Source of the DNA: Catajapyx aquilonaris
Lineage: Eukaryota
DNA: 41,021 nucleotides
Direction: 5' to 3'
NCBI GenBank assembly: GCA_000934665.2
Contig: KZ538908.1
Coordinates: 1-41,021 of the forward strand
The translations under genes were made by a program, and so were the position numbers. Shown here piece after piece: positions 10,601 to 22,600 of this stretch. Position 1 is the first letter of the stretch. The number at the start of each line of letters is the position of its first letter. The notes under the pieces are model-generated. The model did not search any database, was not told the origin of the DNA, and was given only the letters and a program-made list of their open reading frames with translations.

Positions 10601-13600
10601 TGCCCCATGGGCATTTTTGTACCTTTTGAGTCCTCCTACTCTTGAGTGACAAATCGGCATTTTTGCGATAGACCGGACATGAAGCGACGATTATTTTTTT
10701 CGTTAAATACCGCATTTGATCACACCAATCGGATGCTCAACATCTCTACTAAACAATGCCAACCTTAAAATTGGCCAGTGTTGCTGTTCTTTGGCACCAG
10801 CTGCTCATACGTTCAACTGTGCGCGCCAAAGGCATTTTGGTGTCTGGGGACACGCATGGCTTTTGGCACCTCTGTAAGCATTGCCATTCATTCGATCACT
10901 TCTCAAGTGTGTCTGTTGGATGCAGCTTCATGTCCTCTTTCGATTGGTGTGCTTAAATTGTCGGAGGGTGATCGCTGTGTGCTTCAGTTTCAGTAACTAA
11001 CCAGAGTCATCCGAAAGCTTTGGTTCGTTACCAAAAATTACAAAAAATTCATGTACACACCTTATGTCAATGATTTGGAGCGTCAAACTTGGAAACCTCT
11101 GTGGGAGTCGCGTAATACAGCAGTGTGCCAAGATTCAGCCCAATTCCATAACTCCATGTATTTATTTGGACGGTAACGAACCAAGCCAGTTTATAAGCAA
11201 ATCCACGCTCAATAATGCAGAAATTTTTATGAAATGGTTTTCAATGGCGCTGATTTCAGATCCGATGTCAGAAATTCAAAAATCAAAATGGTTAATCCAA
11301 TATGGCAGACAGCATGTGCAGAGAATTGGACAGATATACAGTATTAGCGTCAAAATTAGTTTACGGTGGCTTTAGAGGGCTCTGATTTCAAATTCAATGT
11401 AAAAAGTTACAAATCAAAGTGGCGCGATGTGTTATCCAGATATGCCCTGATGCTACCGCCGATTTTATTGGGAGGAAGGGGGAAAGATGCAGCTCTTCAA
11501 TGGTTCTTATTTATGATGCTGAAAACAAATTTTCACGAATCCTTCATGTTATAAACAGTGTTGCCTCTATTTACAATGCCACTGCAAGATGGGTGGTCCG
11601 GAAGTTAATTGTCTCTAGCAGTCAAGGTGGCAGGTGGTGGCAGCTAGTCTTTGGTTCTTCTCAGTCATGAGAGCCTCCCGCTTTTTATAGGCCGTAAATC
11701 AAAAAATTTGCATTTATCTGAATTTTTGCAGGTCTGAATTTACTGGAAAATTGACTGAAATGACCCATTTTCAAATACCTTCATTTATAGGCTTAGTAAA
11801 TTTTCATAGATGGTCACATTATAACTCCTTATACAGTCATATGCATATGCATTACAATGTGGTGCAGCTAAAATGGCTGTGCTACGTCCAGGAAACTCGA
11901 TACAAATAACATTGTCAAAATCATCACTCTCAGGCGATAATGACCGAATTAATTTGCCTGTAATTTCCTCTTACATCAGTCCTTGTTTTCGTGGTTTTAT
12001 GGGCACTTACGTGCCAAGAAATAATGTGTCTCTGATGACCCCAATGTCTAATATTATCGTAATGCGAATATTATGTAGATATTTGCAAGTTGGAAAATCT
12101 TTGGTTCGTTACTTTTTTTCTTGGTTCATTACCGAGAGTTTTGTTGCGCTATGATGCAAAGAAAAGCAGATACCAGTACGTCAAGGTGACCAATGGATTC
12201 CTCGCACTTTTTTTCTCTAGAGCATCTCTACACTGCCATCACGACCACTTAGAATTCGCAGTCATTATGCAATGTAACCTGGTGCAGAAATGCGTGTCCT
12301 CGAAACTTTGGTTCTTTACCGTGTTTGTTCTCGCTCCTCGGGCACTATCGAATGATATATTTTGTGTCGGATTTGTGGCAAAATTCAGCCCTCTGTACCT
12401 GGAACTCAATAGAAAAAAAAAGTATCCCCAAAGGTTTACCACAAGCATGGAAAATCACAATGAAAGTTGAAAAAAATCGTCTGAACCTTGGTTCCTTACC
12501 GCAAAAATGCCCAAATATTAAATGGCCATTTATACTGTCACTTTGTAGGCAGATGTTCTGCCTTGCAAACGCATTTTTGTTTTATTGCATTATTGTAGCA
12601 CTTCCTTTGGAAGAAAAAAGAAAAACTTACGCAAATGGTCAAAAACCGAAAAAATCGATACTGACACCGACAGTCTTTTGCAATTGAATTGAAAATAGGA
12701 TGTAATGTGGAGCATACCTATCTGCACCTGCCACGTAAGCATCAGGTCCGTGAACCTAATAGCCTCTTCACAAATTTGACTGTCATCATACCCCTGTAGC
12801 CATCGTGGCCCAGTCTCCCCTACTTTATCACATTTAGAACGTACAAGAGTATGTGTGGTCCTCTCTAGTACATCAATACATCAACATTTCTACCTCTGCT
12901 TTTCTGATGCTATGAAAATGGACCTCAGAATTACCCATACTGACACTAACAATAATTTACCTGAGTAACACCAATAATTCAAGCATTAACCAAAAAAATG
13001 CTGTGGTTCCCTTTGGACCAGCCTCTGATTCCCTGAAGTCCACAGAGCATAAGTGAAGAGTACTAATCTAACCTGGATTGTAAAAAAATAGAGCACTATC
13101 TCTCAAACTTTTTCGCTGAAGCCCATGTCAGGGAGGTAAAAACACTCTGAGGCCCACTTAAGTCACTCAATCCCACGAGAATTGCCTTTTCCATTAAAAA
13201 TAAAATACAGTGATACCTGTGTATTGCGGAATCACACAGGACCCCAAAAAACTTCCGTAATGGATAGGTTTCCACTATACTCAGATCAAGGACGTTACTG
13301 ATATTTTTTCCAATGAGAAAGATGGGAAGATGGGAGAGCAAAAATAAGCACCTTACCTCAATAAGTCAATATGGTGCAAAATCAGTCTATAAAGTAGCAT
13401 TTTTGTGAAATAGTCTGTTTTACCTGGGGCACAACACATCTAAAATGTGGCAGTTTCGGTGCAGTTGAAAATGTCCTCCTTGGAATACCCCTAACAAATG
13501 TTCCCCACCTTCTCCTTCCAATTTATTCTCTACTTAGAGATTCACGACACTTGCATCAACAGACACAGTTTTCCACGAAATTCTGTGCCTGTCCCGGAAA

Positions 13601-16600
13601 CTTCCCAGCCACCCATTTGAATCACTAAATTTTGCCACACCGACGTTTTTGGGCTATTAATTTTGCTTGCTCTATTGGACCATCGGTCCGGACACAGTCA
13701 ATACGTTGAGCCTGTGTCAACCTCTTCCTCCTTCCCGACATTTTAAAACTGGACTGAACAGTGAACTAAACTTGAAGGCAGGTCACATACGAATCACGCT
13801 TGCATCTTCTTGGCCCTCCCGCAAGCTGTCTTTCCGTTTTTCAACCAATAAGTTCCCCTTTCCTCACCTTTTACCTTCAAGGCCACAGGCCAGTAGCAAT
13901 TCCAGTAATTGTGACACATAGTATGTTGTCGCATCCTGGGAGGGCCGAGAGTGAACCCGGCTGAAGGGGATATTGCCTGCCCTTCACAGATCGTTCTGAT
14001 TTTTCCCCCGGCAAAAAGTAAGTCGCAGAATTTTGGAAATTTTTTAATGGTTTCAGCTGCACGTCCACATATCGGGAAATATGCGGTAGGGAGATGTGTG
14101 TATTTAAATTCGTGCAGTAAGTGTTTGTTTCAGGTTGTTTTAAATGAATGAAACCTTTGCCCTATGACGTCGCTCAATTAAAATATTACGCGAGTGGCGT
14201 AAATACTCGAAAGGTTTAATACTCAAAGGGTTAATATTCCTGCCCTGAATTTACCAAACTCCCCCCCCCCCAATAGGAGATATCCCCATGTCTTTCCTCC
14301 CCAAGGATAAGAATTGAATTGCCTGAAGTCATGCATCACATTCTTACCCAGGAGAGATGCAAAGTTGTAATACAATAATCTCAATGTCATACTTGGTGAA
14401 TTAAGTGGGCATGATTTTTATTGCAGATTTCTGTGCAGTAGAAGAACAGTTAAGCCGTATTTACATGTGAGCGATCTGACAAGCGATAACATCACTGAGT
14501 AACCAGAATTGTTTGCAGTGAAAATCGATTGTTACTTTCACCTCAAACAATATTGGTTACTGGGGTTACTCAGCGATGTTATCGCTTGTTGAAGACTTTG
14601 CTCGTCAAATTGCTCGCATGTAAACGTGGCTTAAAGGCACAAGCTTATCTAGGGGCACAAGTAATGCAAGCAGCAGCAGCATTTAAATATAAAAATTTGT
14701 AACTGTTCTTACCGGCTCTTCTTCATTTTGTGGAGCTTCACTCGTACTTTCCTAAAAAACAACATACCAACATTAATTTTGCACTCATTTTTGATAATGC
14801 AACAGTCAGTCTCACCTTCACAGACGTCTTCCACACTGGCAATTCCTGATCCTCGCACCTCCGTAACAAATATCGATAAACCATGAAGCCTGACTTGCCC
14901 TTGCAAGCCCAATACATCTCAACCCTGTACAAACCTACATGTAAAAGATGTTATTTAGTACTTCAACACAAATGTAGTATCAGGGACATACCATCATAAC
15001 GATAACCTTCTTCTGGAGCAAATGCACTACTCAGTTTGTACCCTCGGACAACCCTCACTGGGTTGCCTGTCTCGACACTCACACTCAAAGCCAGATTTCC
15101 CGAAGTCAGAGTCTGGTCCATGGATTGAGGGGCAGTGCGGAGGTTCTAAAGGAATAGCATTGGTGTCACTGACAAGTTAGCCCCACATGTAAGAAGAGTA
15201 TGTACATTTTGTTGCAAAATAACAACTATGAGTAATTTCCCGGATGCTTCCTTAGAAGGAGCATCATCATCAATGAAAAGTAATCAGAATTAAATGCAGC
15301 CGGAAAAGGCACCATTATTGCAGTTGGGGGGTGGGGGAGTGTTGACAATTAGGTGGAAAAACATAATTACTCTTTATGAAACTGATCACTGAACAGCTGC
15401 AACCATAACAATGAAGGCAAACTTGGTCAGGAAACCCAAGTCCCATATCCTCCTGAGACCTGGTGTTGTCATATGTCAACATCAGCTAAAAATAATTTGG
15501 CCCCAACTAGTGACGCCCACAGAACTGTAATCTGTTGGTATCCCATGATTACAATCTGGCCTCAATAAGTGTAGCCACCGAGTGTCGAATATCTGACTTT
15601 GGCCGCAAAAATTAAATCACTTATGAAAATGGTGGATGCCGCTGCTGAAGCTAGGCGCTCATCTGATAAGTTTTATTTTTTTACTCATATTTAGTGTGAT
15701 TTTCACAATGCAGTGAATGTCCTCGGATTCAGAAGGAATGCGTATTAGGAAATACGAAAAGATGTGTCTGTGACAATCTTTGCTGCTGTAGAGAACTGGT
15801 AATTTTCTTTTCTTTCCGATTCCATTTAAATCAGTGGTTCCCAACCTTTTCGTGGTGAAGCCCCCCTTTTCGTTTTCACCCAACACTCACCCCCCCCCCC
15901 CTCCTGTCCCCTTCCCCCCAGTCCCAATAAATTTCAGCAAGTTTCTTGAAAGGTATTTTTATAACTGAGGAATGAAAACATGTGAAGAGCACAGGGGAAA
16001 AAGGGGGAATGTCACACAAAAAATGTCCATGAAAAATCGAAGAAATAGCTTTATTTCTTCACGTGTCTAAAGAATAATAGGGATATCTTCACGTCATTAT
16101 ATGCAACTGTCCCTCTTGTACCCATGGAAAGCCTCCAGGTATAAGTGTCACCTGTGCTACTATTGTACTGTGCACTTGGCAGGAACCCCAACGGAATTTG
16201 ACATTCCCCCTTTTTTCCCTGTGCTCTTCATGTGGAAATAGGGGAAACAACAGAAGGGGGTAAGAAGCCCACCGCAGGAGGAATTTTTTGGGAGGGTTCA
16301 AGGTCAAACGAGTTTAGGTGAATGTCGCTGACAAAGTACAGTGGAATCCTCCTATACTGTAAGCACATCGGATACAAGCAAGTAGAAAAGTCGGTCCCTT
16401 CATATTTCCAGCGGCGCCAAGCGGAAGCACGTTACATTATTTTGCTCATTTCTCATGGCCTCACGCCCCNNNNNNNNNNNNNNNNNNNNNNCCCCCCCCC
16501 CCCCGGTTGGGAACCACTGATTTAAATGGACATCCGAAAAAAAATTTTTAGCTGAATGGGTTGTGACTTTTCTTTAAGTGGCTGTACCTAGACACGCATA

Positions 16601-19600
16601 AGGAAGTGTGCTTTGCACTATACAGATCAGTTTTAACCCTAATAAGACGGGCGTCACATAGAAAAATTCTGCTGGCGAAACTGTAGCATTTTTCCACTAT
16701 GTAACGAGGTTTCTGTGTGGGTTTTTAAATTTTCTCTCGTGTAAAAAAATCGCGAGTTTTGGACTACAAAATCGTGCATAAATAAACCGGATTAACCTGA
16801 TTAACTTGAATGAAATCATCTTTTTGCGGCCGCTAAAAAAAAAACTTCAAAAAAAACAAAATCCGACCTTGACCGGCAAATTTTTGGCATACATAGTTGC
16901 CCCCAAACCTCCTCAAGAGATTCCACCCTAAAATTAGTGCAAAAGATGATTCAATAGTTTTAAAATAAATAAATCATGTGTGTAAATGTCAATTATCTGA
17001 TGCCGGAGTCTGCGCACTTCAACCCCGGCCTCAGGCTCGCTGGACGGCGCATGCTCCCCGCCCCTTTTGAATGGCTGAATGTTCACATTTGTGAGGGAGT
17101 GTGTTTGTTTATCATTTCTGCTAAGTTCAGAGATGCCAAGGCTACATACCGATAATTTTTTGTCAAGCAGGCAGAGTGACAAAAAATTGGAGTAGGCGTG
17201 AAACATACGCCTCTGCGCCACCTTGTTATGCATATGAGAGTTTCCACTGCGGACGCATGAGAGGAGGGTCACAGAGATGGCCTCAGGATCAAGCCTGGAC
17301 ACTATACGATCTTATTCACTAGTGTTTTCAAATGTTGTCCCCAAGTCCCAACGAAAGAGAATTTTTTGCAGATACTTGCAAAAACGCGAAAAACCACCCG
17401 TCTTATTAGGGTTAAGCCATAATCTGAAATGACATGATGTGTGGTTGAAACCAGGGGGATACCATGAGAGAGGGATATTTTTTCCTATCCGCCATTGCTC
17501 TTGATGTCCCAGATGATGGGAACGTGCTCTGCAGAGGACTTTTGTGCAGTTCACACTTTCCCACACTTTTACAAGCATTTTATGACTCATCTACATGAAG
17601 GCTCCTAACTGGAAAAGCAGATTTCCCGCAAGCCATAAAAATCAGTCATATTTTATCCTAGTGATTATAATCACTAGGATGAAATATCTTCACAATTAGA
17701 AATAGCAAGCAACAAAACAGCATTATGATTAGCAGGGGATATACGTGGGTTGATTCATAATAGTCCAGGCCCTAAGCGTCTTAACCTTGCATTTTGGGAT
17801 AAGAAGGTGCCACTTGGCACATATGTTCCTTAGGCCTATAGGAGCAATTCCAGAGTTGCAGGCAACTGATCGGCCCCTTAGGTCACGAGTTATGCGGTGT
17901 TGCCAACATGGCCGGGGATGACCTGAGCGTTTTTAACGTTGCATTTTGTGATAAGAAGGTGCCGCTTGGCACATATGTTCCCTAGGCCTGTAGGAGTCGT
18001 TTGAGACATGGCGGCACTTGATCGGCTAATTAGGTCAGGAGTTATGCGGTGTTGCCAACCTGGTCCTGGACCTAAGTGTTTTGTACCATTTTTAACTTTG
18101 CATTTTGGGATTTTGGCAAGAATGTTCCCCCAGGCCTAGAGGTTCCATTTGAGAGTTGGTGGCACCTGATCTGCCCCTTAGATCACGAGTTATGCGGTTA
18201 TGCTTAGGTTCCGGACCAGGTTGGCAACACCGCATAACTCCTGACCTAAGGAGCCAATCAAGTGCCGCCATCTCTCAAATGGATCCTATACACCTAGGGA
18301 ACATGTCTGCCAAGTGGCACCTTCTCATCACGAAGTGCCGAGTTAAAACGCTTAGTTCCCTGATCAGGTTGGCAACACCGCATAACTCGTGACCTAAGGG
18401 GCCGATCAGTTGCCTGCAACTCTGAAATTGCTCCTATAGGTCTAAAGAACATGTGTGCCAAGTGGCACCTTCTTATCCCAAAATGCAAAGTTAAAAATGG
18501 TACAAAACGCTTAGGTCCAGGACCAGGTTGGCAACACCGCATAACTCCTGACCTAATTAGCCGATCAAGTGCCGCCATGTCTCAAACGACTCCTACAGGC
18601 CTAGGGAACATATGTGCCAAGCGGCACCTTCTTATCACAAAATGCAACGTTAAAAACGCTCAGGTCATCCCCGGCCATGTTGGCAACACCGCATAACTCG
18701 TGACCTAAGGGGCCGATCAGTTGCCTGCAACTCTGGAATTGCTCCTATAGGCCTAAGGAACATATGTGCCAAGTGGCACCTTCTTATCCCAAAATGCAAG
18801 GTTAGGCCTGATTTTTGCGCTTAGGGCCCGGACTATAAGTCATGCCGCGTATTTTTGTATTCAAAAATAGTAACTCATACAGAGATGACCTTGGCTGAGA
18901 TCTGAAAATCTGGCGATTACAATTTGATCTGGCATATAGATGTCGCTCATATCGCGAGGGGGGCAGGGAAACTTAGGGGGATCATGAGCCCCCCCACACA
19001 CACACACACCATCGCCCTAAGACGGCCGGACCCTGACGTGCTGGGACCTGTTGGACGCAGCATCCTGGACACTCGGAGATGAACAACACTGGAGCTTGCT
19101 CAAGAGTGTGGGACGAGTCAGAGCACTATGCTTAGGACTCGGAAAGACTGACAGGTCTCAGGAAGTTGGCATCTTCACTGGTTCCTCACCATCTCTTTGA
19201 GATGCAAAAGAGCCACCATTTTGCCTTCGCTAGGAACTCCATTGCATTGAGGGTGATGGTTTTTTCAAACGGTTTGTGGCGATGGATGACACATGGCTGC
19301 AGTCACAGTGTTCTGACTTGTCCCACACTCGAAAGCAAGCTCATGGGTTGTCCATCACCGAGTGTCCAGCATGCAGCGTCCAACAGCTCCATGAATTTAG
19401 AAATACGTGCCATGACTTATGAATCAATCCACGTATTTTAAAAACTGTTTTTCATGTCGAAACACATGGTCAAAACCAGGGATGGAAAAATTACCGCTTC
19501 CTTTCCCATCAGAACCGCTTCTTAAGCTTCCGCTACCGACAACCGCTTCGCAAATGTGGAAGCGCTTAAATACCACTACCGCTTTCAGAACCTATTCGAC

Positions 19601-22600
19601 AATATTCTGTTGCAACCGCTTCTCACTCAGTTGCAAATCCAGGAACCGCTGCGAGAAGCGCTTCTGTGCAGGGATGGAAAAAAGAACCGCTTCCTGAGAA
19701 GCGCTTCTCGCAGCGGTTCCTGGATTTGCAACTGAGTGAGAAGCGCTTCCACATTTGCGAAGCGGTTGTCGGTAGCGGAAGCTTAAGAAGCGGTTCTGAT
19801 GGGAAAGGAAGCGGGAATTTTTCCATCCCTGGCCTCTTCATTTTCTTGGGTGCTGGAGGTGATGTATGCTCAGAGTCGGACATGGTGCATCAGGCGCAGA
19901 AATCGTACTACCTTTCCGCTTGACCTTGCGCTCTGTTATGATGAAGCTGTGCCGCTGTGCGATGTCTTCCGGAAGCCAGTTTGACCAACATATGTCACCA
20001 TTTGACAATTTGCCCATTTGACTGTTTGTGCTCCAGTGTACACTTTTACAGGCAGTGTCGCAGTGAATATCCCCCTTGGGCGAAAAAGAACGAGGAACCG
20101 GTTAAGACACGAGAAGCGCTTCCGAAGAACCGGTAGCATCTTCAAAAAAGGCATCCGATTCCGCTTCTACAACCGCTCCCATGTTCGCAAAGAGCTACCG
20201 GTTACCGGATGCCAAGGGTACCGAGAAATACTGGAAGCGCTTCTTGTACCGGGTCCGGATCGGTATCATAGACGCGGTTCTTTTTCCATCCCTGGTCAAA
20301 ACATGGCATACCTTCGTTTACATTTGTTAATTGTACAGCCCAAATGTTTGTCCAGCCAAACTATGCATTTCATTTTCAGATCGTTAGAAATCTTGAAAGG
20401 CACAAAAACCAAAGAAAGCAAATTTTTGGTACAGATTGAGCCGATCCTTTATACTCAATAAATTCCAAAAACAGAAAATCTCCAAAATTCGAAAGTTTTT
20501 TAAAAGTTCTGATAATTGTCTCACCACAAATGAAAAATCCCATGCTATTGTAACATGACTAGCATCATTACCAGTCTCTCTACATACACAAAATTATTCG
20601 AGATTTATATAAAACTACCTTCAGCGTTTATGTGTACCACTTATGAAGTGTAAATGGATACTTTGGTGGACACCACAATGTTAATTTCGACTAAACCAGT
20701 GATGATACCCATCCCCCAACCATCCACATACCCACTCCAGACTCTCTCTCCCCCTCCTCTGTTTTAAGGGTCTGCAGTAGTAAAAATGCAGTAGAGCAAG
20801 ATGTCTCTTATGAGAGCTAGGGAAGGCAACCTACCAAATGTTTGTACAACAATCGAGAGCAGTTTTTGCCACCATTGCCACGATGCCATGCCTTGCCTTC
20901 CTGCCTCGCATTTGAACCATATAGACTTGTGACTACAAGGTCAACCTTTATCAAGTTTTGTGCTGAATTCCCATGCCCACACAGCTTACTGTGAGGTTTG
21001 CACTACATATGGGTAGGGGTCTCATTTAAAAATATTACACACAATACATATTTACTTTAGGTTTGGCCTTGGTTCCCTTGAGGTCTCTCCCTCCCTCTCC
21101 TGTGTAAGTGAAAACGTCACCATAGTCTGCGTTTTCCTCATATCCCCCAGAAAGTGCCAATGAGTAAGCACCATCACGGCCACGATGAATTCCTGCCACT
21201 GTTGGTGGGTGGATGCCATCGGCACTGCACAATGCGCGGTTCTTCCACCAGTGACCAACTTCAATTCCTGAAAATGGGCAATTTATTAGTCATTGAGATA
21301 CTAGTCATCATATTGTGCATTTTCTTGGGTCAAAGCAGCTCCCACCAACCTCCAGAATCACAACACAATAACATAGAGAGATAAGCAGCTTGGCAGGATG
21401 AGAAGGTGTCAATCTAGCAAGTGATAATTTCTGCAGTAATTACCTCATGTCAAACGCATGGGATGTGACCAGCAGCGTAACAACGTATTTCAGTGGGGGG
21501 TGGGGGGCGGGGGGTGGGGGGGGGGGAAGCAATTTGGTGCCCCCTCCCCCCAGAGCTTATTCAAAGGAATTTTTAGAACTGCACAAAAGGTATGTCCTAC
21601 TAGTCGTAATAGGGGAACTGAGAAAAGTGCCAATACGCCCGCCGCAGGAATTTAAGTGCATGTAATGACAAAGTATACAGTGTAATCCTCCTACAGTAAA
21701 TCCTAGATATAACACTCCTTTTTTTCCGGTCCCTTGATCATCCCCATAAGGCCCAATGGTAAATTTTTCCGCTTATAGTGCTTCCTGCTTTTAAAGTTTT
21801 TCCATATACTGCTCGATTTCCCAGGTCCAGAGATATTTATCACTCATACAACATCAATTTCCGTCGCTTTCCTCCCCATAATCACGATTATGGCAAGGAA
21901 AGTGATGGAAATGTTTTAAATTTCTAATTCGGTTACAGACGTTTTCAAATATTTTGCCGATTTCCCTCCTGTTCAGGGTTTACTTCTTGTCATAAGCAAA
22001 AACCACATGTCAATATGTGACTGTCACCTTTATTAATATTTTTATAGTTGAAAATGTAGGTTTTTGTCGATATTTTTAAAAGACAAAACAATTAAAATCT
22101 CCGCTTCCGTGGAACTTAGGACGCCCGTTCCTTTTTTGTTTTATAGCTCTTTTGCAGACGCTTTCAACTGTACCTTATTACACTTTTATGATGATGATGA
22201 TGATGATGATGATGGATACCCCATGATAGGTCCTCATTTAGTTGACAGTCTTTAATGATTGCCTGTTCTGTGATGGATTTTGATTGTGGGAGGAAATGGG
22301 AGAACCCCGAGAAAACCCACGCGAACACGGAGAGAACCCATCGAAACTCTATAGTCTCTATCCACATAAGTATCTTCTGTCCGACCCGGGGTTCGAACTT
22401 GGGACCTCAAAGGTGGAAAGCGGTGGCTATAACGACTAGGGGCCGTAGTCTGGTGTCTGGGGGTACGAGTCCCAGAAACGGTGGGGTAGCNNNNNNNNNN
22501 NNNNNNNNNNNNNNNNNNNNNNNNNNNNNNNNNNNNNGTCTCCTCACCCACTACCCCTCTGGGGAGCTCGGGATAGCGGCTACCACTCCTGGCCGCATTT

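Noticed and set aside
12700..13330. Possible highly decayed LINE RT remnant (similar hints at 33300-34000)
   Set aside because: Only vague motif echoes across frameshifts; cannot be supported without a profile search.
17648..17687. 40-bp AT-rich palindrome
   Set aside because: Too short to assign; likely a MITE core or excision footprint.
14992..21267. Calling the gene UHRF1
   Set aside because: No UBL, TTD, PHD or RING exons were found, the gene has its own start exon, and the finger loop differs.
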